DNA from: Eledone cirrhosa
Lineage: Eukaryota
Length of the DNA stretch: 64,000 nucleotides
Reading direction: 5' to 3'
NCBI GenBank assembly: GCA_964016885.1
Contig: OZ024753.1
Span: 2,604,001 to 2,668,000, forward strand
In this document: positions 12,144-26,020 of the stretch, piece after piece
Numbering within the stretch: the stretch's first letter is position 1
Layout: every line of letters starts with the position of its first letter
Notes under the pieces: model-generated
What the model saw: only the letters and a program-made list of their open reading frames with translations
What the model was told of the DNA's origin: nothing
Database searches by the model: none
Translations under genes and position numbers: made by a program

Positions 12144-12922
12144 ATCATCATCATCATCGTTTAACGTCTATCTTCCATGCTAGCATGGGTTAAGACGGGA
12201 ATTGTCCCACGTGAGGCAATATTGGTTGTCTTGCTCGTATAGGACTGTCTGGCAGCTTTTCTACGGCTGGATACCGTTCCTAACACCAACCACATTTACA
12301 GTGTGGACTGCGAGGTTTTTACCGTGTTACCTACACGGCCACATTACAGCGTGGACTGTGTGTTTTTTTGTCGTGACACCTACACAACCTCATTTATTTA
12401 GGACTGTATGTTGTGGTACCAACATAACTTTACAGAGAAAGGGGTGGTGTAGATGGGGGCAGGGGTAGTGGGACGGGGGTATATTTTTGGTTAGGAGGTG
12501 CCTACTGACTGTAGGTTTCGCTTTGTACTTAGGCAAGGCGGGTCTTCTGTATTACTACAGAGCACCAAAGATGTCGATCCAGTGACATTGTTTTGGAGAG
12601 GTGTAAGTGTGTAAGGTTGGAATTTATCAAATCGTCCCAGGTTTTTCTGGGTCTGCCTACTCCGTAGCTTCCATCTATTTTGATCGCCCTGCACTTTTTT
12701 ATACAGCTGTTGTCTTTCATGCGCACCATGTAACCATACCAACGTAGTCTTCTCTCGAGTAACATCTGATACCTATTATTCCTAATTTCTCACTTAGTTC
12801 ATTTATGCTTTGCCGTTCACGTATATTACTATTACACATCCAACAACGGAGCATGCAAGCTTCATTCCTCGCCAGTCTGCACAGATCCTCTGCACACAAT
12901 GCCCATGTCTCACTGCCATGTA
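12144..12922 (-). mobile_element. 5'-truncated RTE LINE (ORF2 C-terminus, 3'UTR, (GAT)n tail)
   Basis: LHGSETW, RRLRWYG..RM, GRPRKTW and DR.LW motifs across a frameshift, followed by the shared 3'UTR. Confidence 0.9.
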
Positions 12923-13759
12923 AATAATAATAATATATATATAGAAAATGTTTGCCATCTTCAATTCTACAGGTACAAGTGTTTAGGAGAGCATTCATAC
13001 TGAAATGCTTCTATGTGGCAATTGTCTGAGAATAATATTTATAAATCCTGCTATAAAACAGTATATAGGAAATGTCTTGAAAGGCATGCAATACGAAGCA
13101 TAAAAGTCACTTATGAATTTACAAATAACACACATACAGGTATATATACACACATATACATACATACATACACATATATAAACATACATATCATCATCAT
13201 TAGTCAGTGTCTGTTTTCCAGGCTAGAGTTGTTAGACTATATATATCCACACACACACATATGATATACAATCTGATGTACAAACAATATATATACAACA
13301 TTCACAGTGAAGAACAGCACAACAGATTTGCAGTTAGGTATTCAATTATGGTAGTGTTTATAGAAAATGTTGAGACACACAGCTTCATAAAAATAAATCT
13401 ATTTGTATATTCACAAACACATGCATAGATATAAACAAAATATTGATTAAACATATGTAGTATTTCATTGTTATGGATTTTAATTTTTATTCGCCATTCA
13501 ACTTTGTAATAGTACTTCTGCATAGTGTCAGAATTAGATAAAACCTAATGTTATAAATCATGTATGTAATACATATGCAATATTATGCATTACATGCATT
13601 ATAGTGTTGAGATATTTTAACTATGCTATCGTTCCTCCTAAACTTTCTTCAACACATATCTCAAATGTTCAACAATTTCAAGCAAAAAAAAAAATAAAAT
13701 AAACTAATGAACTTGAAATAATTATGGCTGCTACAATCTTTTACATTTCTTTTGCTATC

Positions 13760-13880
13760 AGAGTGGAATTGGCTGCCTGCAGGTACAAGGCCCGTGGGGT
13801 GAAGTGGCAGCACCAGAACACATCTCTTTTGCCATCCTCCGGGACAATGTATTCTCCATCCTGTCGGCCTGGACCAAGAA
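13760..13880 (+). pseudogene. CRE-clade non-LTR retrotransposon 3' ORF fragment, second copy
   Basis: RVELAACRYKARGVKWQHQN/ISFAILRDNVFSILSA; the FSILS codons differ from the 11255 copy only at third positions. Confidence 0.6.
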
Positions 13881-14292
13881 GCAGAGGGTATGTTAATTTA
13901 CACACACACACACAAATATATATACTAAACTACACGGCATATATTAGTTAAAAAGTCAATCTATTTAAATTTCACATTCTCATTATAATGAAATAATTGT
14001 GATTGTAACAATCACTACTTTTCCACTTATGAAATATTTGTAACTGTAACAAATGCTAACATTCTCATTATTATGAAATATCCATCATGTTACAAATTCA
14101 CACAAATAAAATGATTGCAACATTTGAAATGAAGGCAAGTAAAGGCAATAAGCATTTTCACCTGAAGTCATTATGATTGGGTCATTGATCTTAAAGGAAT
14201 CAAAATCCTGGAAAGCTGGTATTTTGGTGTTTGAACGGAAGTTATAGAAGCTAAGAAATGGAATTGGTTTCAGAGTGAAAAGTACAATTTAA

Positions 14293-14534
14293 CCCTTTTG
14301 TTACCATATTTCTAATGAAATACACTCATTTTGTCTCAATTAATTTTTAAATTAATCAAAACTGTGTATGGATTTAGTAATAAAACTAAATGTCATGTTA
14401 TTAAGCTGGTGTTTGGAACATAATGTAAAGGTTCTTACAAAAATTATGATGGAAGGGTTTTAGAGAAATACAAACACTTTAAAAAATGTATCATAGAACC
14501 AGGGCTGGTTTCAGATAGTTTGGTATTGAAAGGG
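14293..14534 (+). mobile_element. piggyBac-type MITE family 2
   Basis: TTAA-CCCTTTTGTTACCA ... TGGTATTGAAAGGG-TTAA. Confidence 0.8.
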
Positions 14535-16504
14535 TTAAAAAGAAATAGAAAATTCAAAGTAGGAAGATCAACAGTGTCTAACTACCTTGATAAAAAGATG
14601 ATCAACCAGTGCATGATGCCAGCAACGAGTTGTGGATAGGAGACCTGTACACTGACCGAAAACGTTGAACGACAGCTGGAGACTGTGCAAAGAAAAAGTA
14701 AGAGATTTATGAAGTAGAAAAAGAAACAATATTTTTATGACACACAGATAGAGTAGTGCATAATTGATTGAGAGACAAGAGACAGATCCAGTAAGAAACT
14801 GATCATTGGCCTCATTCTCCTCTGTAATGATGTAGTAGAAAATAGCTAAATTTCAATTATTTCTGGTATCTTTACTAGTTGACAGATTGTTGTAAAAATT
14901 TGCAGTAAACTAAAGTAAAGATTTTATATTCTAACGTTATGCCATTAAAGTGCAGTTTTATATTTTTCAAGAATATTTTGATAATGTGGTTTCATATGGT
15001 ATAGGATTTTAAGAATTAATACATATAATAATATTTATTATATATATTTTTATGCTGACAGTATTTTGCAATGCTTGTGGGTGAGGCTATGTTATATTCT
15101 TGATTGTTATTCTGTACAAATGTAAGAATACAGAGCTATTTGTAGTTGTTAATAGATCATCTCTAGTAAAACAGTGGCATGGCAGATCACCCAAATTTAA
15201 TTTTACTCCACTGAGTTTCAACTGACTTTGTTATCCATTCCAACAGGAACAGAATATATGAACAAGTCGTTATAGGTATTGCTTCAATAAATTATACCAT
15301 ACCATTCTCTTACAAACACATTGTGTTGTACCAATCTAAGAAACCATCATTATACTTATTGATGTTGATGTACGTTGGCTACAGTAGGCAAGAACTCCAA
15401 GAGTAATCAGAGGGCTAGTAGTCATGATAGTGAGAATATCAAAAGGAAATGTTATTTATTAGAAGCCCAGATTAAAAGAGAGAATATGCTTGAGAGGATT
15501 CAATCTAGAATCTGGCCAATAGAATAATTATTTCTCATAGGCCTCTCAACATTAAGCTACCAATGTGTGAATTAAGTTTATATGTGTGAATAATTAAGTT
15601 CAATAATTCAGATAGGTATACCATCCATTGCACAGGAAAGAGAAGTGATGTTACAAAGAAGTCTTGTGTGTCATGTATACTGTCATTTACTGAACCTAGT
15701 TTGGCTAAAAGAACTATTGTGGTGACCTGTTAGCTGAAAGAAATCACAGAGAAGATATTATGACATTAACCAGAAAAACACTAGAAGTGAGGGTATATAG
15801 CTGTGTATGTGTGCAATTGTACAGCTGCAAATACAGTGGCACTCACTTGATAAAATAGTCTAGGGATAGTTGAGATAAAGTTAGTGGTAAAACATAAAAT
15901 AGTGTTTTAAAAGAGATGAATAAAATCATTTAATATTGGGCAGGGTGTGAGTGCCAGATTGCAAGTAATGGTAGCAGCAGCATAACTGCACATTATTTGA
16001 GCAGCAAACTAAGATATCCATCAAATGATTGACTCAATTCTAGTGGAGAGAAGAATACAAGCTACTGCAACTATGCGGCAGATAGATATTAAAAACAAAT
16101 CAAGATATAAAAAAGAAACACAGGAAAAAATATAAACAATAAGAAACAAGAGGAAAACTGCAGAAAGTACTGGAAAATGTAGTCCTTTGATATCATAAGA
16201 TCAGTTTTTAAACAACTAATATCAAATGTATCTTAGTTTTTTGTGTGTAATGATGTTTTTATTGTATTACTTGTTGTTTTCATAAATTAGAGCTCTTGTT
16301 TAAAGATTATTACATATATAATTAATTTTAGAATATGGTTTTCACAAAACTTTTATTATACTTTTAATGTTAATTTCAACAAATAATGACCTTCTACTGT
16401 AACAAAATATAAGCAATAAACATCTCAGAAATATCAATTTGGTCTTTAAAAGAAGCTGATGGTTTCCTTTTATTTTTATGTATACTCTCATTGAGTATAC
16501 ATAA

Positions 16505-16727
16505 AGAGAGAGAGAGAGACATAGACAGATAGGTAGATAGAAACATGGACAGACAGTGACATAGACAGATATATAGATAGATAGAGATAGCTATATAGAT
16601 AAACACACACATATATATAAAAAGATAGATAGATAGTTAGAAGTAGGTAGATAAACAGATAGATATATAGATAGATAGATAGACAGATAGATAGATTAAC
16701 AGATAGATGTAAAGAGAGAGAAAGAGA
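16505..16727. repeat. (GATA)n/(GA)n microsatellite
   Basis: Directly visible. Confidence 0.9.
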
Positions 16728-17086
16728 ATATTGTTATTTTTAAGTAGTTTTTCTCCTTAGAGAAATATAATAAAACACCAAATTTGTTAGTATTTACATT
16801 GGTTTATATCTAAGGTTTAATGTATATCTCTGGTTAAGAGTAAAATAAAAATGTGCACAACTTTGGATAAAAATGAATTTATAAATCTTTATAAAATATA
16901 TTTATGGAATATACAAGCAAGATGAGATTCTACAACACACTCAGTCGCATTCAAACCATGTCAGCATGGGGAAAGTAGATGTATGATGGTGATGATCTTA
17001 TCCTTGTTAGCATGGAAAAGCAAATGCAAAGAGGATGATGGTGATGATCATGATGACGTTAATGAGCTGAGAACAGGGATTAAGTG

Positions 17087-17199
17087 CAGTGATAAGGTCC
17101 CTATTATGGGCTCAGTGATAAGATCCCTACTATAGGCTCAATGATATGATCCCTACTATAGGATCAGTGATATGATCCCTACTATAAGCTCAGTGATAT
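17087..17199. repeat. 26-bp minisatellite, 4.3 copies
   Basis: Unit CAGTGATAWGATCCCTACTATAGGCT at 17087, 17113, 17139, 17165 and partial at 17191. Confidence 0.9.
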
Positions 17200-17394
17200 T
17201 CATTATTAATGGTATTTCCTCAATATAAGCACATAGCTGTTTATTGAGACAGTTTACACAAATGAAATTGTCAAGTCTAAAATTCTGTATATTTTTGTCC
17301 CAAATCCCAACAAGAAAAAAAAAAATAGAAGTGAGCCACTGATATTAGCTGTAATTAATGATGTATGATGTGTATTTCTTCAAATCATGACAAG

Positions 17395-17515
17395 GTCAAG
17401 TTTGCTTTTCATCCTTCCAGGTTTGAGAAAATAAACTACTCATAATGCACTGGGGTTGATTTAATTGACTTTCCCCATCCGCAAAATTGTGGCTTTGTGC
17501 CTAAATCAGAAACAA
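17395..17515 (+). mobile_element. SINE group B fragment
   Basis: TTTGCTTTTCATCCTT..AATGCACTGGGGTTGATTTAATTGACTTTCCCC..GTGCCTAAATCAGAAAC. Confidence 0.75.
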
Positions 17516-17805
17516 TTATATTATGAACACACGCGCACATAATTCAAGGCCATTTTTCATGCTAAATCAGGAGTAAGTCTTGCAGGTCCCATGGCAAGAT
17601 TTAAGCTTCTCATAGGATACTTTCTGAGGTAATATTTGATGGCTAGATGCCCCACCGCCTCTGCCTCTCCTAGTGCCAACCCTTTCAATCATTTATTATG
17701 ACATGCATCGATATTGTGTGCCTATATTAAACTGGAAATTGGTTATTTTTACTAAACATCTCATTTAAGTTTAATTTAATTGAAATAATTTATTCTAGGT
17801 GTTAA

Positions 17806-18040
17806 TCATCATCATCATCATTTAACGTCCATCTTCCACGCTAGCATGGGTTAGACGGGAGTTGTGCCACTTGAGGCAAGGTTGGTCGGGTGACTGTGTC
17901 TCGCTCATATAGGACTATCTGGCAGGCTTTCTACGGCTGGATACCCTTCCTAACACCAACCACATTTACAGTGTGGACTGGGAACTTTTTACCGTGTTAC
18001 CTACACGGCCACATTACAGCGTGGACTGAGAGTTTTTTTT
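17806..18040 (-). mobile_element. RTE LINE 3'UTR fragment
   Basis: Close match to 12144-12370. Confidence 0.85.
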
Positions 18041-20621
18041 GTTTTTTTTTTGTTAATAGAAAGTGATAATGACAAATATGTGATGTTAGTGTGCATGAAT
18101 GATGTAGTATAGATGAGCTAAAAGAAAAGCTTTGTATAAGATAAATCAGATGTAGTTCACTGGCATGATCAGGTGATCATCAGCATCATCATCACTGTTT
18201 AACATCCATTTTCCACACTAGTAACAGGTGACTGTGTCTTGTTCATACAAAACTGTTTCTGGCTTGGTTGCTATGGCTGGATGTATTTCCTATTAACAAC
18301 CACATATACAACGTGGAGTGGGTGCTTTTTTATCGAGGCACCAAATCGACCAGCTGATACTTTAGACCAGGTGCTTTTTGTTGTGATGTGTATGGATGTT
18401 GATCGTTGGATAAAAAGTGTCAAGAGATCTTAATGGAATGAAGCTTCAGAAGAAGAAGAGTAAGGAAGACCAGAGCAGAAATGATGAGAGCTGATTTGAA
18501 AATTCTGAACCTCACAGAGGAGATGACAAAAGAATGCAGTGAATGGAGTGGGGACTGCACTTGAAAAGTTCCATTCAATCCATGCAAGTATGAAAAAAAG
18601 CAGATGACAAAGATGTACCAGTGATCTATATTTATGTATTGGATTCTTTACTGTAAACACTGAACTGGTTTAAAGAATCATTTTATTTCTTGGTTCAGAT
18701 TCTAAGATGACCTAAAATGTCAGCTCACTACTCTGTTGTATTAAACAATGAACAATATGAATATATACTAAAAGGTTAAGATACATCACGCTTATTATCT
18801 ATTGCTAGAAATTATAGCAGAAAACATGTGAGTCTGATGGTTATGTGAGCTTCGTTGACAGGCAATATTTATTTAGTGCTAGTGTAGCATAAAATTCTAT
18901 AGTCATTCATTATGTGTTTGAGGCAAGTAGAGAGTTAGGTTTACTAACATGTCTATCTTATGAACTGAGCAGTAAAACATGTGTTATATCATACATGAGT
19001 AACTTGTAGGTTAGTAAATTTGAAGCAAAGTAGTAATGTAAATACTGTTACACAAATGGCTTTCATCACAGAGAAAAAAACTGATAACTGTGCAATAAAT
19101 ATATTTTTACTTGTTATTAACACAGCAAGGAAAATTAATTTGTTGAAATGGGAAAACTTTTCAAAGAAACTGAATAAACAAAAATGTTTTTGTTTCTTTG
19201 TCTTGTGCTTAAATGAAAAAAAAATGTGAACAAAAGCTATCTATTATAAATACTTATTGTAGATTCAGTAATTATATATCATTTCAATATCTCTCCAATT
19301 ATTTTGATATATATTATATTACTTCATAGAGGAAGAAAAACTATGAAATAAAAGAGGAAAAAAATATATAGAAAACACAAACAGCTCATTAAAATTTAAT
19401 AAATCTAGCTATTGGCAGTCACTGCCTTCCAAGTGTCAATGATACAGAGAATATTCTGTTGTCAAATATTTTATTAATTCTCATTGATAAATGTTTGGCT
19501 ATATTCACTAAAAACCTCATATGATTTGCTCAATACTTATATAATTGTTTTATTTTACAAATCAAGAACATTTTTCATTGTTATTGTCACAAGCAAATTC
19601 AATCTGTTAACCAAATTTTATTTCTAAATTTAAATGTTTTCATTCATGCCCTTAGGAAAATATAATAGACAACCCCAACCTCTCTTCATTTCAAATTTAA
19701 GCAGATCTGAGAAGTCATTAACAATTAATATTTAGAACTTCATGATCTACAAATATATGATTTGGTCATATATATTAATTTATTTCAAAACAAATCTACA
19801 CAACATCTGTTCTTTGAAGAAAAATTTCATTTTAGACAAGGTTAAAGAATGAAAGTTTTATATAAACATTATCTTCATTAGTTTCTTAAAAAGAAGAAAA
19901 AAGATCTACAGTCTAAGATTGTTTATTTTTCAATATCTTCATTGCATGATTTGTTAGAGCCATTATTCTTTCAAATGAACATTATTTTACTGAACTTGGA
20001 GTTGTGCCTAGATGTTGAGAGTACTGGTCAATTGGCTAAGATGGAAGCTCAAGCCAAAGTATCTCTGGTCTTTATCCTTTCAAAGAGACTGCTCTGTGTC
20101 CTACAGACAAAAATACGTCTCAATTTCTGAGTTTACCTATTTATGAATAAACATAATAAGGGAATACAGTTCACAATCATGTGATACAGACAGCTGAAGC
20201 AGAACATAATAATGATTTTATTATCTGGATGTTAAATGATGCTGAACAGAAATTCTCTCATAAGTCTGACATCTACAGATGTAAACTATTCCAGTCCATC
20301 TAAATGAACATAGAAACTTCAGTTTAACTCAGTAACTGAAACAAATTTCAGAGCATTACTTTACAGGTATGTTGACTAAAGCTGGTATGATAATGTTCTT
20401 TAGTAAGAGGATTATAAAGAAGTAATGACAGAGTTTCAAATTTTGAAGGTTCAGTTGCCAGGTAACACCTTTAACATTTATCTAATAGAACTTGCCAAAT
20501 ATAAATCAATCATGTTAAATACTTTATATGACAATCCCTGTACAATAAAAGTATTTGTACTTATATTTGTGTTAGTATTGGTTCAGCTGTCTTTGTCTTA
20601 GTTGCATTGATGTAGTTATTA

Positions 20622-21000
20622 TCAATTATTGTAAAGGTCATCAGCATAGTCAAGATTAGTGACTTTGAAGTCTTGTTCCACAGTAACTCCCGGGGAACTT
20701 CCCAGGGCCTGCTCTGCACTCCAGTTGACAGTATAGTTGAATCGTGTTGGAGATAGAACATAGAACTGCTGAATACCTAAGGAAATTTGACATAACAGCA
20801 AACTTGGCTCAAATGCAGCTGTAAATTCTCTAATTTGATTTAGTAGATTGCACAGCATCTGCTCTGCAATCATGACATACCAGAATATGCTGCTGTAAAT
20901 AAAATCAAAGGTTTCTACAAAACATAATTGTTTGTTGTTGGTAGTTCCAGTGTTGTTCCACACAGTTAAAATATTTACCTTCCCAAGGAAATAACTCATA
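20622..21000 (-). pseudogene. Decayed RTE-type reverse transcriptase fragment
   Basis: LGIQQFYVLSPTRFN (from GVRQGCxLSPxLFN) and LDYADDL. Confidence 0.75.
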
Positions 21001-21816
21001 ACTGGTAAACAGAATCTCTTCTACAAGTTGGCAGTGATGCAGTTCTTTTTCTTTTCTTCAAGAAGGATAACAGGTGTTGTTGCAGTAACAACATCAGTTT
21101 GTTGGGCATTGTGGCCAAAATATTTATGCACTCATCCATATCAGTGGGGCTTTCATAAGGGCTGAATCCACACAGTTAAAATCTTTACCTTCTCAAGCTA
21201 TTGCTGCTACTAATTTCCAGCTGCGTATACTGAAGAAATGTGAAATGAAGTGTTTTACTCAAGTACACAACACACAACCCAATCCAGGAATTGAACCCAA
21301 TACACCATTAGGCCATGTGCCTCCACATGGCATGGGCTAGACAGGTTAAGTTCAGTGGCTAGACCGGTGAGGTGACTATGCTTGCTCATACATATGGTTT
21401 GTGGCTAAGTTTCTATAGCTGGATGTTCTTCCTAATGCCTACCACTTTACAATGTGTATTTAGAACATTTTATTATGACCACAGTACTACCAACATACAA
21501 AATTCCCTGAATGGAGAGATGCTGTGCTGAATAGGACCCGTCCAACCCTTGCAAGCAGGGAAAAGCGGACGTAAAATGATGATGATGATGATGATGATGA
21601 CTAGCAACGGTATTTTTTTTTAAATGTGATAAAAGAAAGTTGGGCTCATGTAGACCATATTTATCACTCATTTCTTATTCTTATTCCTAGTTGCTGCTAT
21701 AAGGAGAGGGAGGAGGAGGAGGAGGAGGAGGAGGAGACTCTTCTACTGCAATATGATGAGTATGTATTTAATCAAAAGAAATTCATGTTAAGAAAGTCTA
21801 GAAGTTATATCATTAG

Positions 21817-22043
21817 CTCTTTAGTTACCAACCTGGCGGAAACTGGCTCTGGTCCTATAGAATAAAATCGCCATTTTAAAAGTTTCAAACTTAAATTAAA
21901 ATCTTCCAACATAATAAAAAGACCCTTACATTAAGTTACTATCTTTATAATGAAATAATTAATAATTTTAGTAAATCCCTCAAGATTTTTCATTAATTAA
22001 TAGAAACAAAGTGTATTTTATTAGAAATGCAGTCAGGAAATAG
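21817..22043 (-). mobile_element. piggyBac-type MITE family 2, diverged reverse copy
   Basis: Reverse-complement similarity to 14293-14534; TTAA at the right flank. Confidence 0.55.
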
Positions 22044-22918
22044 TTAAAGCCAGTGTGGATTATATGTGGCATTATTGATAGTTGATCATTCATATAAAGA
22101 TAAAATAGATCATTTCTAGAAGCAACATTTATTATTTAATCCTACAAAATTTCAGCTAACATAAGCTGTCTCATGACGATTATTATAGTTCATAATGAAT
22201 ATTATAATTACTATATTAATCACTATTAAATAATAACTAGATGAAAAGTATTTGCTAAAAATGCCAGAAAATATTATCATTAGAAGAATATATTTAATTT
22301 TCATCTCACTGGAAGAAATGTTAACAATACTGCAATGATTTAAATAAATGGGTAATCATACCCTTTTATTACTGAAGAAAATCTCAATTATTTAAACCAT
22401 TAATATTAAAACCCTTTAAAAGCTATATTGAATAAAATAGCTCATTATGTCACTGCGTTAGCCATTTAATGTAAGGCAAATACAAGAAATACAAAAGAAG
22501 AAATGGAAATAGAGTTTGTTACAAGATAAACTTAATGATTGGCACCACACTAGATGAAAATGAAAATAATGTTTTAGAATATTTGTAATTTCTGCTGGCT
22601 TTCATAGTTTCTGGAGAATAAACTCTCAAAATTTTCATATAATATTAGATTATATAATATTAAACTGTGATAGCCTACTTCAGAAATATAAATCAGTTGA
22701 TATGGAGTTAAGTATGTCGTGGAATATTTTTAAACAAAGCAGAATTGCTTTAATATAGGAACATTCACATTCTTCTCAGATAGAAAAAAAACCGAATGTC
22801 AAGCAATAATCTTTAATGAAATGGCAATGGTGTTGGTATGTGTTAGGTGGTATCACAGTATTTAGAAACAGATATAGATAACAATGATACACAATATAAA
22901 CAGCTAATATTTATTATT

Positions 22919-23166
22919 CAGGGGTGGTGGAAGCATTTCTGAATTGGGGGGAGGGGCAAAATTTGGTCAATTTAGTTGTAGTAATAGTTTAACTGCTATT
23001 ATCAAATATCAACTGAGATATCCAAAACTTTGATATGTGATAAATTTACATACATTGTAGCACATATAAAAATAGATGGGTGTTTTGGTAGTTTGAGGGA
23101 GAAAAATATAATTATTGGGAGGGGGGTGACCCTCTAGTCTCCCTCCCCCTAGTTCCAAGGCCCTTG
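22919..23166. mobile_element. hAT-type MITE
   Basis: Ends CAGGGGTGGTGGAAG / GTTCCAAGGCCCTTG with an exact 8-bp duplication TTATTATT at 22911-22918 and 23167-23174. Confidence 0.75.
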
Positions 23167-24179
23167 TTATTATTCTTACCAAAAAGAAAAGAAAAGAAAC
23201 AATAACAGCCATATAGAAGATCTTTGCAGCTAATTTTAATCTGAATGAAAAGAAAGGTAATTTCCACAATGCCAAAATAAAACAAAACCATTCCTTATTC
23301 AGTAAGTATGGATGCAATCATAGGTATCTTCTTTCATAGAATATAGTATAAATTCCAATATAATTTTTATTGGTGAGTTATTTGGTCAAGCATTCATTCA
23401 CATTATCTTTCCTCATAGATATTTAACCTGTTGGGAGCTGCGTATATTTTACACAGCTGTGCTGAGTTTTTTTCTTTTTTTTTCAGTAAAATGACTATTT
23501 TGATTGACAAACATCACATCAATATACTAGTAACCCCATCTAACTTTGAAGTTATGAACTATTGGAAACGAGTTCATAATTTTGAAGTTATGGAAAGGAG
23601 TTCAAACATGTTAGGATGAGTTATCTCATCTGTGGCACTGGAATGCATACATGATAGGACGAGTTATCTCATCTATGGCACTGAAGAGGTTTAAGATATT
23701 TAATGTACTTGTACCAAAACACAGCCTGTACTTGCTATTAATTAAAATGTGTGTACTCTGAACTACCGGATGCAGTCGCATTACTGCAATCTCGCATTAA
23801 GTTGGTGAGTTGTTGGCTGGAGACCATTGAGTTAATATCAACGATTTTTGTATCTTTTCCCATATCTTAATTAAACACTTATAACTGACTTTTATGGAAA
23901 ATACTAGGTAGAAGGAATAGCATTAGTTTATGGTAGAAATTCTTTATAGTAAAGCTTGACCAATGTGAATAATCAGCAAATGATCTAAGAACATGTTATA
24001 GCAAATAAGTTGGATATATTCTTATGTCTTTGTATGGTCATTTCCTTAAAGAGCCTCATTACTGCCACTGAATATACACACATACATATATATATATACA
24101 TATAGCATCATGATTGTTTAATGTGTATTTTCCATGCTAACATGGGTATACACACACATATGCATACATACATACATAC

Positions 24180-24213
<34 letters not shown>

Positions 24214-24312
24214 CATCATCATCACCATTTATTTTTCCATGCTTGCTTTGGTTAGATGAATTGTTCACATTATGAGACAAGTCTGGCCAGTAGGCCGATA
24301 TATATATATATA

Positions 24313-24344
24313 TAGCATAAGTCTTCACTTGAACATTTAACTTG

Positions 24345-24410
<66 letters not shown>

Positions 24411-24442
24411 CAAGTTAAATGTTCAGGTGAAGACTTATGCTA
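24313..24442. repeat. Palindrome centred on (TA)n
   Basis: ~34-bp unique arms with one mismatch around ~62 bp of (TA)n. Confidence 0.92.
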
Positions 24443-24824
24443 AAAGAATTTGAAATTCAATGTTGTTCTACAATCAGCAAAAAAAAATTAGCTTATCAAA
24501 CGTATATTTTGTACATTAATAGGGATTAAACATTAAGTAAACAAATCTGATGTGTTGTATGAATGCAGAGTACATTAATAATGGGTAAAAAACTAAGATG
24601 AATAAATTTAAGACTAAGACATGATTAAAAAAAGGTGATAAATGGTAAATATCCTCAAACCAGCTCCATTATCTATATATAGAGAGCTGTGTCTATAAAC
24701 AGTGATGATGATGATGTGTCTATATATTACAATCTGAATATTGACTCAAGGAATCTGTCATTACCCATTAATTTCACTTAATCTTGTATCTTCAGACATT
24801 TAATAAAATATACAAAAATGTATA

Positions 24825-24873
<49 letters not shown>

Positions 24874-24968
24874 TTATACATATATATTCATACAACTACT
24901 ATATATATACATATATATTCATATATACATATATGTAGATATGTATTTAGATATACATATATAAACAC

Positions 24969-25046
<78 letters not shown>

Positions 25047-25235
25047 TTAATTATACTATTTATGGTTATGTAAATACAAAAACCTTTTGCAGTTGTATAT
25101 ATTTTTATACAAACCCTAAATAGTGGTAGGCAGAAATATATGCTGTAATGAATGTTGACCCACAATATTTGCATATGTATCTGTATGTCTCTTGGGTGAA
25201 AAGGAGGTCATATAAGTGTTCATTCATTAATAAAT

Positions 25236-25282
25236 TGCTCCGAAGAATCCAAACCTCGGTTTGGAGGAAACAGTTGTAAGCA
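25236..25282 (+). ncRNA. Type I hammerhead motif, U4C variant
   Basis: TGCT-CCGAAGA-aTCCAAACC-tc-GGTTTGGAg-GAAA-C-agtt-G-TA-AGCA. Confidence 0.72.
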
Positions 25283-25317
25283 TAAAAATGTTTTGAACAC
25301 GTCTTAGATTCTTATAA

Positions 25318-25350
<33 letters not shown>

Positions 25351-25355
<5 letters not shown>

Positions 25356-25369
25356 CCTTCCTTGCCATT

Positions 25370-25429
<60 letters not shown>

Positions 25430-25448
25430 AATGGCAAGGAAGGAGTTT
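25351..25448. repeat. Palindrome centred on (TA)n
   Basis: AAACTCCTTCCTTGCCATTCCTT-(AT)n-AAGGAATGGCAAGGAAGGAGTTT; the right arm continues as an RTE-like C-terminus (AMARDRRR..VLVH) to ~25546. Confidence 0.9.
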
Positions 25449-25640
25449 GGCAGAACGTACAGCAATGGCAAGAGACAGGAGAAGATGAGAGTGCTAGTCC
25501 ATAAGTCCATGACCCCCAACTCTCAGATATAAGGATGAATGAGATGATTCTGTCTTAATAAAATGAATATTAAAACTCTACTTTGGTATTGAGTACTCTT
25601 TTCTCTCAGCCATCAACCACACACACACACACACACACAC

Positions 25641-26020
25641 CATCATCATCATCATCATTTTACATCTGCTTTTCCCTGCTTGCAAGGGTGGGACGAGAAC
25701 TGATTCTGGCTTGATTTCTACAGCTGGATGCTCTTCCTAACACCAACCTCATTTACAGTGAGTGCTGGGTGCTTTCTTTCCATGGCACCTACACGTCCAC
25801 TTTACAGTGTGGGCTGGGTGATTTTTTGCTGTGACAACTCCACGACCACTTTGCAGTGGAATGATATGGACCCCAGTCCCTATCATCACATTTCTACAGC
25901 TGAGTAAACTGGAGCAACGTGAAATAAAGTGTCTTACTCACGGAAACAACACATCACCCGGTCTGAGAATTGAACTCACAACTTTTCGATTGCAAGGCCA
26001 ATGCTCTAACCACTAAGCCA
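25641..26020 (-). mobile_element. Full-length CORE-type SINE with RTE tail (group A, tail type 2)
   Basis: Reverse complement of 6588-6967 at high identity. Confidence 0.88.

Noticed and set aside
17087-17199. CRISPR-like periodic repeat (also 63282-63478)
   Set aside because: Contiguous tandem units with no unique spacers, eukaryotic context and no cas genes.
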